From a virus (lineage: Duplodnaviria > Caudoviricetes), in the IMG/VR virus record IMGVR_UViG_3300014969_000016, positions 51,715-115,714 of that record: a stretch of 64,000 nucleotides of DNA. One strand, written 5' to 3'. Positions 26,606-36,297 of the stretch are shown here, in pieces. Numbering within the stretch: the stretch's first letter is position 1; the number at the start of each line of letters is the position of its first letter. A model generated the notes under the pieces. The model did no database searches, was not told where the DNA came from, and saw only the letters and a program-made list of their open reading frames with translations. The position numbers were made by a program, and so were the translations under genes.

Positions 26606-27049
26606 TTAGGGCCGCGGATCCAGAGTATCAACAACGTCCGTCCACGGCCGGAACTGCTTGTCATCGGCACGCCAGCCAGGGGGGTGGACCGGCGCGCCGA
26701 CCTTCAAAGTCAACACGCCCAGCGCTTGCACCGCATGGATCGTTTCGTCGTCGGAGTCCAGGTAGACGCCTATTTCCCAACCATTGGCGAGAAACTCACG
26801 AACTTGATCCGCTTTCCAGGACGGATATGTCATCGGGCTGTTCCAACACAGCACCCCTGACCAGGCATGGAGGTTCTCTCTGGACAGCCACCAGCGGGCG
26901 ATCTCGTCGTTGGCTCTCGACAGGGCGAAAGTTCGGTATTGGGCACGGATACCGTCGTATAGCGGCTTCGCCCACTTCGTCGGCGCCGAGCGCTTCAGGT
27001 CTTCTTCGGCCGAGAGGGTTCCCTCGACAGCGATCAGCGCTGCGTTCAC
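26606..27049 (-). CDS. HAD-fold-like hypothetical protein
   Basis: ALIAVEGTL...YLDSD...GVLTL; GTGA-coupled. Confidence 0.5.
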   Translation of the reverse strand: MNAALIAVEGTLSAEEDLKRSAPTKWAKPLYDGIRAQYRTFALSRANDEIARWWLSRENLHAWSGVLCWNSPMTYPSWKADQVREFLANGWEIGVYLDSDDETIHAVQALGVLTLKVGAPVHPPGWRADDKQFRPWTDVVDTLDPRP

Positions 27050-30000
27050 AACGGGGCGTTCGTCATCGGCACGTAGGACCAACCGGTGCCCTGGTTGGCC
27101 CACACGTTGCCGTACCGGTCATACGTGGGGTTGCCGGTGAGGTCGCCACGCAGCAGGGCCACTTCGGTGCCGCCGAAGGTGTTGGCCTCACCAATCCCTG
27201 AGCGGACGCTGACCGCCCGGAACAGCCCCTTGGCCAACTGAGCGCCATTGGCCGCGCCCACCTGCAGGTCGGCCGTGGAGTTGAACATGGCCAGACTCGA
27301 CGGGTTGGGGTTGATCTTGGTACTACCCACCTGGCTCCACAGCGTCTGCGGGTCATAGAGCCAGAAGCGGATCTCGTCCTGAAGTGTGGTGATATCAAAG
27401 GTGAAGCTGACGCCAATCGCCACGGCTTGGCCAGGAGCGAAGTTGAGGGTGTAGTCGGTCAGCAGACCGGTGGTGGCGTTGTTGGTGCCGTCTCGCGAGG
27501 TCAACAGCGACATCTGGCCGTTGATCATCTGCCAGAGGTAGGAGCGCTGACCGGCTGCGCCCCACTTGCCGACCAACGTCTGCGTGCCGGTCGTCCAGCT
27601 ATCCAGGGCCACCACGGCCATGATGGTGAAGGCGTACTGGTAATCCAGGTACGGAGAGTCAGCAGTGCGGGCGTAGGTGCCCGCCGTGCCGTCCAGGCGC
27701 AGAGACAGGTTCGACGGTGCCGGTGGTGCGACATCGGTGGCTTCTGTTCCAAGGGCTGCCCACTCTTCGGGCGTGTAGTTGGGCTTCCACACCTGGTTGG
27801 TCGTATCCCAGGACAGGGGGATGTTGCCCGAGACGCCGAAGTCGTACCAGAGGCCGTCCCGCAGGTTGAGACGCATCACGTGGTCATACAGCGGTATCCG
27901 CAAACCGGCCGTCGCCGTCGCCGGAGCGGTGTGACCTGCTTCTTCGACGGTGCCCGCCAGTGTGGGATCCACGTTGATCGTTGTGTCAACACACCACGGC
28001 CCAGGGTAGGAGACTGGGTCGGTGGTCGGATCCAACCAGGTGTCGCCGTAGCCGATGCCAGAGATCGGCCGGATGCGCGAGAGCAAGTTGCGCATCTTCC
28101 AGCCTTCGTCGTTGGATGCGCTGAGCGCTGGTACCTGGGTTTGCCCAGGCGGGATGTCCTGGAGGTTCCAATGGGCGTAGCCGTAGCTGATCAACTGCAC
28201 CTTGAGGTCGGTGGCTGACGGCTCGTAGTGGATGGAGTTGGCGGCAGTGAGCGTCCAGGCACGACCACGGGGGTCGGTGTAGCTGGTGCCGGTACCGGGA
28301 TACTCAGAGGCATCAAACTTCCACAGCAACTGACTGGCCACCGGTTGCAAGATCTTCTGACCTGCTGTCTGGTTGACGGTGACGGTCTGCGTGGTGCGGG
28401 CCGGGAAGGTGGTGACGGTGTCGTTGGGGATCAGCGAGTCATCGACATCTAGCACTGGCCCTTGGATGATCGAGTTCCACGACGTACGTGGATCGACCTG
28501 ACAGATGACGTTGCTAGCAGTTTGCGTCACCGTCACGGTGCCACCAGTAGTAGCAGTGAAGCTGGTCGCCCCTGCCGTGGCGTTGGACTCGTTGATGTCG
28601 GCGCCAACGGTGCCCGCAAACCCGCTGCGGACGATGAGTCGGTACAGGTTGCCTGGATAGGGATAGATGGTCGGTGCCATCGTGTTGGTGATGATTGAAG
28701 TGAGGCCAGCACGTGTAACCGGAGCCACGATGTTCGTCCAACCGCTCGTCGGCTCGGTCGCAGCGTCGGGTGCGTACTCGGCGCTGAGCACCGTACTGCC
28801 CGACCCGTTGTCCACGTCGAGGCGGAACCTCAGCCAGACCGGCACGCCGTCAGTGAAGGCATTCCCCATCAGGGCGGTGTAGCTGAACTGCTGAGCGAGG
28901 GGACCACCGACCGTCCCGTTGAACAACCACTCCAAGGAGTTAAGAGAGTTGTTGAACCGAATACCGTAGGAGGTCGTTCCGGAGTTCCACTTGTCGAAGA
29001 TGTAGCGGTAGTTGCCGGTGAAGGCCCAGGTAGTGGGGGCTATCCGACAGACGATCTCTATGTCACCAGTGATCTGCAGCCCCGCCGAGTTGGCGATCCC
29101 GAGTGTGTTACCAGTGGCATTGGGAAACGCGAAGGCCACTGGCTGACGTTGAGTGACAACAACCGTGCCACCTGTCGTCGCCGGGAACGAAGCAGCACCG
29201 ATGGCGGTGATGTTGGACTCGTTGAAGTCGAACACAGTCGGCCCAGCGATGCCGTTGCGAATGATGGCTCTAGCTAATCTCCATCGACTGTTACGAGCCG
29301 GATCATCGGCACCGAGCCAGATGTTCTGTGTGTTATGACTGATGACCCGTCCCGGCGTACTAGTGAGCGTGCCGGTCAGCGCCGTCCACGTTGTCGGTTC
29401 GACTGGTGTGTTGGTCAGGTTGTACTCAATAGTCGATACCCAGGCACCGGATCCGTTGTCAGCATTCAACGTCGCCTTTAGCCAAACAAGTTGGTTGTTC
29501 GGGAAGATACCACCCGCATAGTTGACGGTCGATGTCATCGTCAACCCAGCGCCGTAGTAAACGATCCACTGCATCTGACGGAAGCTGGAGCGACGAAGAA
29601 TGAAGCTCTGATTGCGCCAGACGATGGCATCAAGAGAAGATGCTGCATCCCAGTCAGGATGAGCAACCCGAACAACGATTTCCATTGTGTTAGCGTTCGT
29701 CGTCACACCTGTGCCAAGAACGGACAATGTGTTACCGGGAACGTTGGGGAACACGGCCCGGAGCGTGGAGGCGTCGATTCCGTTGCGGACGATCACTCGG
29801 GCAATCCGACCGGTGAAGGGTTCAATCGACCCGGCGCTGCGGGCACCGACCTCCACCGCGACGCCAGTAGTCGAGTCGAGCATGGCGCCAGCGGTGCCCG
29901 TGCCTGAGTTAAGAGCGGTCCACGATGTCGGCTCGGTCGCTTGATCAGCCGCCCAGTAGTAGGAGATGAGGCCAGTTGTCGCTACCCGCGTCACCTTCAC

Positions 30001-31620
30001 CCACACCATCGTCCCGTTGGCCACAGGGATAGCTGTGCTGTTGATTCCTGCTGCTGGAAGGAAGGGGTTGAGGGCGAACACCCGTGCCGACGTAGCGACA
30101 AGGCGCCAACCCCGAGGCGAGCCGTCCTTGACGACGATGTTGTTGTTGCCTGTCCCCGTTCCCACGACACAACGAGTGACGATCTCCAGGTCGGCGGGGA
30201 TGACCACTGATGTCACCGGGGTCACGTTCAGGTAGTTGCCAACGATGCCGGGGAACTGCATCGTCGCCCCGGCCACCGCTACACCAGTCGGATCAAGACC
30301 AGTACGTAGTTCGGCAGAGTAGATGCGACCCTGCCACCGGTTGTTCTGCGCCGTTGACCATGCACCGATGGTCAACGGAAGACTGAGATCGATGTTGTAG
30401 GGAAGAGCACCCGCTTGAACAACTTCGGGACCGACCGCAGTCCAGGTCGCTCCATTGTTGAACGAGACGTAGGCACGCCCTGCTGCCTGGTTGGCGCCGT
30501 TGTCCATGTTGAGATACATGGCGATGGTGACTTCAGCACCAGGTACGATTCCAGCAGCGGTCACCTGGCCTGTGTTGGCGATAGTCCCCGGCCTGAAGTT
30601 AAAACCATCACTGGTCGCGTGGTACCAGAGGCCACCATTGAAACCCATCCAACGGAACCCATACGTACCAGACCCCTGCATCTGAGCTATGCCGTACTCG
30701 GACTGAGTAACGAACCCGCTGCTGATCCTCACCTTGGCGGTCATCACCGTTCTGTTCGGCAGTGGCCCAGGGTCTGGCGTTGTGATGGTGCCGATGGTTG
30801 CGTCGAGGTAGCTCAACTCCCCGGTCGGCGGGGTCGATACCGGTGTATCAAGCGTTGACCAGTCGAAATCTCCTCGTAGCGCCGACACCTGAAACAGCCG
30901 GGGCATCCATCCGGCAGGGAGATACCACGGGACCGATGCCGCTTGTGATACCGGTGGGATGCCCATCTGCAGGCCACCCTGGTCGGCCTGGGTGGCGTAG
31001 GTGATGTTCTGAAGGTCGGAGTACTTCAGGTAGACGAAGAACGGCAGGTGGACGGCGGTCTGGCCACGCTCCACGGCACGGGCGATCTCGCGGTACATCC
31101 ACGACATGAAGGGCTGAGCGTTGTAATCGTCGGGCAGCGAACGATTATCAAAGCTCAGCCCCTCATGGCCGTCAACGAACAGTACCCAGTCGTTCTCCTG
31201 GTAGTGGAACACCTTGGCAGCAGCTTCGAACTGCTCCTTGCGCCACAGCGCCGCCTCGGACTTGCTGTAGAAGAAGTTGCGCCCGCTGACGGCGTGCTCA
31301 GAGGCCGGGAAGCTCTCGGCCCAGTTGATGACCCAGTAGCGCTGCTCACCCGTGTTGATGTCCATGATGAACAGGTCATCCACGAAGAAGTCGAGCCAGC
31401 GCACCGACTTGCCCACGTCGTACTCCAGGTCACCGAACTGCGCGCCCACGATGCCGTGGATGACCGGTTCGGCCGTGACGGCCAGTGGTGACACACCTGG
31501 GTTCATGTCCCCGGCCAGCGGCGTGACCGACACGACCTCGGTCTGTGCCGCTAACTGCTGGGGATACTCAGGTACCAGCGTTTGGCCAAGTATCAGCGCT
31601 TCAGCTTCAGTTGCGGACAC
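27046..31620 (-). CDS. large virion-associated protein: GT-A-like domain plus five LamG/ConA-like domains
   Basis: DWVLFVDGHE; repeated FP..GNxL...RxIVRNGI units; start taken at GTG 31620. Confidence 0.7.
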   Translation of the reverse strand: MSATEAEALILGQTLVPEYPQQLAAQTEVVSVTPLAGDMNPGVSPLAVTAEPVIHGIVGAQFGDLEYDVGKSVRWLDFFVDDLFIMDINTGEQRYWVINWAESFPASEHAVSGRNFFYSKSEAALWRKEQFEAAAKVFHYQENDWVLFVDGHEGLSFDNRSLPDDYNAQPFMSWMYREIARAVERGQTAVHLPFFVYLKYSDLQNITYATQADQGGLQMGIPPVSQAASVPWYLPAGWMPRLFQVSALRGDFDWSTLDTPVSTPPTGELSYLDATIGTITTPDPGPLPNRTVMTAKVRISSGFVTQSEYGIAQMQGSGTYGFRWMGFNGGLWYHATSDGFNFRPGTIANTGQVTAAGIVPGAEVTIAMYLNMDNGANQAAGRAYVSFNNGATWTAVGPEVVQAGALPYNIDLSLPLTIGAWSTAQNNRWQGRIYSAELRTGLDPTGVAVAGATMQFPGIVGNYLNVTPVTSVVIPADLEIVTRCVVGTGTGNNNIVVKDGSPRGWRLVATSARVFALNPFLPAAGINSTAIPVANGTMVWVKVTRVATTGLISYYWAADQATEPTSWTALNSGTGTAGAMLDSTTGVAVEVGARSAGSIEPFTGRIARVIVRNGIDASTLRAVFPNVPGNTLSVLGTGVTTNANTMEIVVRVAHPDWDAASSLDAIVWRNQSFILRRSSFRQMQWIVYYGAGLTMTSTVNYAGGIFPNNQLVWLKATLNADNGSGAWVSTIEYNLTNTPVEPTTWTALTGTLTSTPGRVISHNTQNIWLGADDPARNSRWRLARAIIRNGIAGPTVFDFNESNITAIGAASFPATTGGTVVVTQRQPVAFAFPNATGNTLGIANSAGLQITGDIEIVCRIAPTTWAFTGNYRYIFDKWNSGTTSYGIRFNNSLNSLEWLFNGTVGGPLAQQFSYTALMGNAFTDGVPVWLRFRLDVDNGSGSTVLSAEYAPDAATEPTSGWTNIVAPVTRAGLTSIITNTMAPTIYPYPGNLYRLIVRSGFAGTVGADINESNATAGATSFTATTGGTVTVTQTASNVICQVDPRTSWNSIIQGPVLDVDDSLIPNDTVTTFPARTTQTVTVNQTAGQKILQPVASQLLWKFDASEYPGTGTSYTDPRGRAWTLTAANSIHYEPSATDLKVQLISYGYAHWNLQDIPPGQTQVPALSASNDEGWKMRNLLSRIRPISGIGYGDTWLDPTTDPVSYPGPWCVDTTINVDPTLAGTVEEAGHTAPATATAGLRIPLYDHVMRLNLRDGLWYDFGVSGNIPLSWDTTNQVWKPNYTPEEWAALGTEATDVAPPAPSNLSLRLDGTAGTYARTADSPYLDYQYAFTIMAVVALDSWTTGTQTLVGKWGAAGQRSYLWQMINGQMSLLTSRDGTNNATTGLLTDYTLNFAPGQAVAIGVSFTFDITTLQDEIRFWLYDPQTLWSQVGSTKINPNPSSLAMFNSTADLQVGAANGAQLAKGLFRAVSVRSGIGEANTFGGTEVALLRGDLTGNPTYDRYGNVWANQGTGWSYVPMTNAPL

Positions 31621-32230
31621 GACGGCCACGCTTGCGGTGTTCCAGCGCCTTGTTGATGTCGTAGCCGCCCTGCTTGCGGCGGATCTCCACCTGGACGTAG
31701 CTCTGGAAGTAAGGGCACATGTGGCAGAGGTAGACCCGCAGGTTGTTGGGCACAACGTGGACCCGGCCGTCGATCTTGTAGCTGGCCGCACCGATGCGCT
31801 TCTCGTCGGTCATGAAGTCCCGGCAGCCCGAGGACAGGTCGGGGTTGCCGTGGGCGTTGTAACACTTCGCCGCCCCCTCGCGGAACTCGTCGCTCTCTTC
31901 GAACTGGCGCTGGGTCTGCTCGTTCAACTCGGCCTTGATCTTGGTGACCACGTCCATGGTGTCCCAGGTCTTCTGGTCCACCTGCCAGACGTTGATCACC
32001 TGGCCGTTGACGAAGAGTTGCTCCTGCAGGTGGTGCTGGTGCTGCTCAACGAAGTGTTCCAAGACCGGGTCGTAGGCCGGAACCATGATCGGGTTGCCGT
32101 GCTCGTCCTTGTAGACGTACTCCTCACCCGACTCCCACTCCAGGCGGGCGACGGTCATCGGGGTCTTGGCGGGCGGGTCGGGGATGCGTTGGATGATTGC
32201 GCAGGGAGCGCAGGCGACGATGCGTGGCAT
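31607..32230 (-). CDS. Cys-rich hypothetical protein
   Basis: CAPC...KCYNAH..P...GC...YLCHMCP. Confidence 0.65.
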   Translation of the reverse strand: MPRIVACAPCAIIQRIPDPPAKTPMTVARLEWESGEEYVYKDEHGNPIMVPAYDPVLEHFVEQHQHHLQEQLFVNGQVINVWQVDQKTWDTMDVVTKIKAELNEQTQRQFEESDEFREGAAKCYNAHGNPDLSSGCRDFMTDEKRIGAASYKIDGRVHVVPNNLRVYLCHMCPYFQSYVQVEIRRKQGGYDINKALEHRKRGRRVRN

Positions 32231-32703
32231 TACTCGTTGTCCAGGATGTAGAGGCCCGCATCATCCACGGTGTTGTGATGTATCACCGGGATATAGCGGT
32301 TTGGATCTGTGTCCAAGCTAATGGCTACCCGGTGATGACCTTCAGCGATCTGGCCCTTCCTGGTCCCGCTGGAGTCAGGCCTGCCGAACTGATGCGAGAG
32401 GTGGACCGGCTGCTGCACGCCCTCGGCGGCGACGGAGCGGTACAACTTGCCGCCGCCCTCCTTCTTGGACTCGGTCAGCTTGCGGTCCATCACATCGGCG
32501 TGACTCTCCAGGCCGGTGGCGACGCCGCCTCGGGCTGGACGCTTGGGCATGCGATCCCACTCCGACGCCTGGTGAGACTGCATGATCTCGTTGCCCGTCA
32601 TGAACATCGGCAACTGCTGCCACTGCTCGCCCAGGTGCGGAGCGTTCAGTTCTGCTTCGGCACGACTCGGCTTCTTGAAGTTCTCGGGTTGGGATAGGCC
32701 CAT
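32230..32703 (-). CDS. ParB/Srx-like domain protein
   Basis: LYRSVAAEGVQQPV...IAEGHHRV...IPV. Confidence 0.65.
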   Translation of the reverse strand: MGLSQPENFKKPSRAEAELNAPHLGEQWQQLPMFMTGNEIMQSHQASEWDRMPKRPARGGVATGLESHADVMDRKLTESKKEGGGKLYRSVAAEGVQQPVHLSHQFGRPDSSGTRKGQIAEGHHRVAISLDTDPNRYIPVIHHNTVDDAGLYILDNE

Positions 32704-32912
32704 CAGCGCCCCTTGGCGTAGGGGTTCCTCGCCCGCTTCAGGGCGCCGTCCTTCTCGTAGTGACCGGTGGAGCAGGTCTTGCCCTCGTCAGCGCTCTTGA
32801 AATGCTTGCGGTTGGACGACTCGTACCCACACTCAGCGCAACAGTAGGACGCCGCCTCAGGGGCGGTGCCCGCTCCCTCCTGGAAGCTCTGGAAGTTGCG
32901 CCCCTTGAGCAT
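32703..32912 (-). CDS. small Zn-binding protein
   Basis: CAECG...C..GH. Confidence 0.5.
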   Translation of the reverse strand: MLKGRNFQSFQEGAGTAPEAASYCCAECGYESSNRKHFKSADEGKTCSTGHYEKDGALKRARNPYAKGR

Positions 32913-33157
32913 CAGTACCGCGTTTCACTGACCTGCCCACGCACCTTGTTCTCGACCGGACGCATGGAGTGCTGGATGTGCGCCTCCAGGAAGGGTGGGT
33001 CAGCGTGTAGCTCAGCCTGGGCATACGTGGGCCAGGACAGGCGCTCCACCGGCCTGATCTCCACGTTCTTGCGATCAGGGGTGAGTTGGATGTAGGTGCG
33101 GTCGATGCTGCCTTGGGCGAAGGCCATGTTCATCGACTCGCTGTTGTTTACTGCCAT
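32912..33157 (-). CDS. hypothetical protein
   Basis: Start MAVNNSES. Confidence 0.55.
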   Translation of the reverse strand: MAVNNSESMNMAFAQGSIDRTYIQLTPDRKNVEIRPVERLSWPTYAQAELHADPPFLEAHIQHSMRPVENKVRGQVSETRY

Positions 33158-33161
33158 TGTG

Positions 33162-33572
33162 TTACCCCGCAATGTTTGGGGAGGCGTTGAAGCCTCGGAG
33201 GGTGCCCGACCACATGTCTTCCTGGAAGTCCGTGCGTCGTGGCTTGCGAACTGTTCCCGACACCCACGACCTGATCTGTGGCTGCCACCTGTCCGTGTCG
33301 AGCACGTCATCGATGGTCAACTCAGTGGGGTCGTAGCCCTCCACCTGGGGAAACAATCCGCCAGCAGGAGGAGGAGGCACCTGCTGGCGGATCACCTCGG
33401 CTGGTACGGCCATCAACTGCATGGCGTAGGTGACGGTGTACTCGGCCTTCGACATGAAGGGACGAGGCTGCCAGGGTGGTTGGCGAGTGCCGTCCTCGTA
33501 GAAACGAAGACCTCCTGATGTGGACCCGGCTCCGATTGCATCGAAGATCTCGCGATCCACCCTGATAGCCAC
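33162..33572 (-). CDS. hypothetical protein
   Basis: ORF in minus-strand run. Confidence 0.55.
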   Translation of the reverse strand: MAIRVDREIFDAIGAGSTSGGLRFYEDGTRQPPWQPRPFMSKAEYTVTYAMQLMAVPAEVIRQQVPPPPAGGLFPQVEGYDPTELTIDDVLDTDRWQPQIRSWVSGTVRKPRRTDFQEDMWSGTLRGFNASPNIAG

Positions 33573-33591
33573 GTATGGAGACTATCCCACG

Positions 33592-33960
33592 TCAGTAACT
33601 CGACGTGGGGTTCTCCGGATCCGGGTAGACGTTGGGGTCACCGGGATACATCCCCTTGATGTGGTCGCCGGGTGGCGTCCAGTCCTCAGGCCTCGGGCGT
33701 CCCTCGGGAACGCCGGGGATCGGAGTCATCTGTGTCGAGACAGGTGCCTCCTCCGACTCATCGTCGCTGGGGAGAGGAGTCTTCACGTCGTCTGAGATGG
33801 GCTGACCGCTCGCAGCCCCCTGACCGGACGGGATCGTCTGACCCTGACCTGCGCCGCCGCCAGCCGACGAGACATCCTGCGATGTCCCACCGGCACCAGG
33901 TGATACCTCGGTCGTGCCCTTCTCGTCAGGCTCCTTGGACTTCGGTGAGCTTGCCATCAC
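33592..33960 (-). CDS. disordered acidic/Pro-rich protein
   Basis: Amino-acid composition. Confidence 0.5.
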   Translation of the reverse strand: MMASSPKSKEPDEKGTTEVSPGAGGTSQDVSSAGGGAGQGQTIPSGQGAASGQPISDDVKTPLPSDDESEEAPVSTQMTPIPGVPEGRPRPEDWTPPGDHIKGMYPGDPNVYPDPENPTSSY

Positions 33961-34050
33961 GGAACCCCGTCGTCGCCTTCGATGTCAGGCTCGTCGGGGT
34001 CGTCCTCGTCCGGATCGTACGGATCCGGAGGGACGCCGGGGATGTTGGGG

Positions 34051-34329
34051 TCACTCATCGTCGTCGTCGTCCACGTCCCGACCAGAGGCGACGAGGGCGG
34101 CGTCGTCCATGCCCAACATCTTCGCCTCCTTGGCCAGCTTCTCCTTGTCCTCGTCGGACAGGTTGGCGACGGCGCCTGCCATGCCCGCCTCGGGGGCGCT
34201 CATCCCGGACGGGAAGAACGGTCCCACCTCGGCTTCGGGTGGCATGCGGGTGACCCGCTGCTTCGGACCTTCGTCTTGTCCGTCGTCACCCTCTCGGGTA
34301 TCGACTTCCTTGCTCTTGCTGGTGGCCAT
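34051..34329 (-). CDS. acidic hypothetical protein
   Basis: SD AAGGAG. Confidence 0.55.
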   Translation of the reverse strand: MATSKSKEVDTREGDDGQDEGPKQRVTRMPPEAEVGPFFPSGMSAPEAGMAGAVANLSDEDKEKLAKEAKMLGMDDAALVASGRDVDDDDDE

Positions 34330-34370
34330 GGCCTATCTCCTTTGCAGGTAGTAGTCGGGATGATACATCA

Positions 34371-34580
34371 CTATGTACTGGCGCCTGTTGGTAGTGCGAG
34401 CAGGCCGAGCGCCACGCAGGCCAGCCCAGCGACGACGAGGATCCAGTGGAAGTCCCACGTCGCTCCCCGTCCCACGACGAGGCGCACGGCTTCGATGGTG
34501 AACAGGATGAACGCCACCAAGAACATGATCTCGGCAAAGTCCGGGCTGTCCATGATCTCGGCAACCATTGTTGCAAGCAT
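34371..34580 (-). CDS. two-TM membrane protein (holin candidate)
   Basis: Two hydrophobic helices, downstream of endolysin. Confidence 0.55.
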   Translation of the reverse strand: MLATMVAEIMDSPDFAEIMFLVAFILFTIEAVRLVVGRGATWDFHWILVVAGLACVALGLLALPTGAST

Positions 34581-34587
34581 GGGTGTA

Positions 34588-34827
34588 CTACTCCTTCATT
34601 ATTGTGTTACTTGGGGTGGTAGGTCGGCGCTCAACCTTCCAGGAGAAGATGTTCTCGATTGGGAGTACCCCAACCATGACCATGCCGACCGCGAGTTGAC
34701 CGAGTCGTTCCTCGGGGTTGATGAGGGCGTTGCCGATCACCCAGCACCCCAAGCCGAAGACAACGAGGCGACGAATGAACGTGAAGACGATCTCAACTGT
34801 CGTCACCCGTTGAGAAGACTCGTCCAT
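34588..34827 (-). CDS. two-TM membrane protein (holin candidate)
   Basis: Overlaps the endolysin end; two hydrophobic helices. Confidence 0.55.
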   Translation of the reverse strand: MDESSQRVTTVEIVFTFIRRLVVFGLGCWVIGNALINPEERLGQLAVGMVMVGVLPIENIFSWKVERRPTTPSNTIMKE

Positions 34828-35855
34828 GTCTTCTGCCCACACTGCCCATCGGCACCCAGTCCTCGGGCGGTTTGGAAGTTCTTGAGCGCCGTCTCAGTAC
34901 CGGTACCGAACTGGCCGTCGAAGTTGGCCTGGTTGGCCGGGTTCATGGCCCCGTTGGCGCCCAGCATGCGCTGCATCCGCTTCACGTCCATACCCGTGGC
35001 GCCCTTGATGAGCGAGGGGATGCCGTTGCCCGCCTCCATGAACCAGTCCCAGCAGTCACGGTCACACACGCCGTCCTGCGTGGCGCCCTTGGTAGCAAGG
35101 AAGCGGTTGAGTGCCGCCTCGGTACCCGAGCCGAAGATGCCGTCGAAGTTCCCCATGTTGGCCGGGTCCATCTGGCCCGCCAGAGCGAGGAAGTGCTGCA
35201 GTCTCTTGACTGGCGTGCCCTGGTTGCCCTTCTTCAGGATGGGCATCTTGTTCATCAGGTCAGTGGCCCAGTTGGTGGTGGGCGGCGGCGTCGTGGTGGG
35301 AGGTGGGGTCGTGATCGGCGGTGGAGTCGTGGTAGGTGGCGGTGTGCCTGGGATCGCCCACTTGATCGGCGGCGGCGCCCCGGCCCGCAGCCATGCGCTC
35401 ACGCTGTGCGGGAACTCGGTGAACTGGAAGTGCCACACCTCGCCACCCCACGTCGCCTGCTCCAGGCCGTACTCCTCGCAGTGCAGCGCCGCCCACTTGA
35501 GGTCACCGATGGCATCGACCGCAGCGGCGTAGCCCTGGACGAGATCTTCATGGAACGAGCGACCAGGTGGCGCAGCGTGAGCCGCACCCTTCTTCAACTG
35601 GTAGCGCTGGCCTTGGTAGAAGCAGCAACCACCCGACGACACGGTGTAGTGACGGTCGAGGAAGACTCGCTGTTGCTGGACCGTCGAACGACCGGCCCCA
35701 CCGATGCCGAGCTTGCCCTCGCTGGCGAGCATCAGCCCATGCCAGCGCTTCCGGTACTCGGGATGGAGCATCTGCACCGACGAGCGGGCGAAGACCTCTT
35801 CGATGGTCTTCTGCGCTGGCGGGCTGTTGTAGCCGTCTGGATAGGTGACAGCCAT
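34803..35855 (-). CDS. endolysin: M15-type Zn peptidase, PT linker, two PG-binding domains
   Basis: GRSTVQQ, AAPPGRSFHE, AVD, EVWHFQ; LKKG...VKRLQ...DGIFG..TE twice. Confidence 0.85.
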   Translation of the reverse strand: MAVTYPDGYNSPPAQKTIEEVFARSSVQMLHPEYRKRWHGLMLASEGKLGIGGAGRSTVQQQRVFLDRHYTVSSGGCCFYQGQRYQLKKGAAHAAPPGRSFHEDLVQGYAAAVDAIGDLKWAALHCEEYGLEQATWGGEVWHFQFTEFPHSVSAWLRAGAPPPIKWAIPGTPPPTTTPPPITTPPPTTTPPPTTNWATDLMNKMPILKKGNQGTPVKRLQHFLALAGQMDPANMGNFDGIFGSGTEAALNRFLATKGATQDGVCDRDCWDWFMEAGNGIPSLIKGATGMDVKRMQRMLGANGAMNPANQANFDGQFGTGTETALKNFQTARGLGADGQCGQKTWTSLLNG

Positions 35856-35961
35856 CAGACCTCGTCTGGTTCCCTGGGGTCATACGGGTCCGTGACGTGC
35901 TCGTCAGGGATCTCGTCCTCGTCCTCGTCGTCCTCGTAGAACGGGTCGGGTTCGATGGTGC

Positions 35962-36288
35962 TCATCGCATCCTCGCCCTCAAGCCGCCGCCCATCGGTCG
36001 GGTGCCTACGCTGGGCGTGGTGGCGCTGAGGCCACCGCCCATGCCTGGCTGCATCGTGGACGGTGGACGAGGTGTTGGGAGTGACATCCCGCCGCCGCTG
36101 CCGGGACCGCGAGGCATCGCCGCACCACCTGGGTTCAGGTTGCCGGTGCCTCCACCCATGCTGCCCTTCATCGGCGTCAGCCCGCCGCCCATCTTGGGCA
36201 TGTTGAACTTGGCCTGCGGGGCCATCGACATCTGTGACCTGTTGGCACGGGGTGCGAAGGATCCCCCCAGCCGCTCCATTCCTGGCAT
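35962..36288 (-). CDS. G/M/P-rich low-complexity protein
   Basis: SD AGGAG; composition. Confidence 0.5.
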   Translation of the reverse strand: MPGMERLGGSFAPRANRSQMSMAPQAKFNMPKMGGGLTPMKGSMGGGTGNLNPGGAAMPRGPGSGGGMSLPTPRPPSTMQPGMGGGLSATTPSVGTRPMGGGLRARMR

Positions 36289-36297
36289 GTGCTGCTC

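Noticed and set aside
33982-35532. 516-aa plus-strand ORF
   Set aside because: Antisense to endolysin and holin genes; no recognisable motifs
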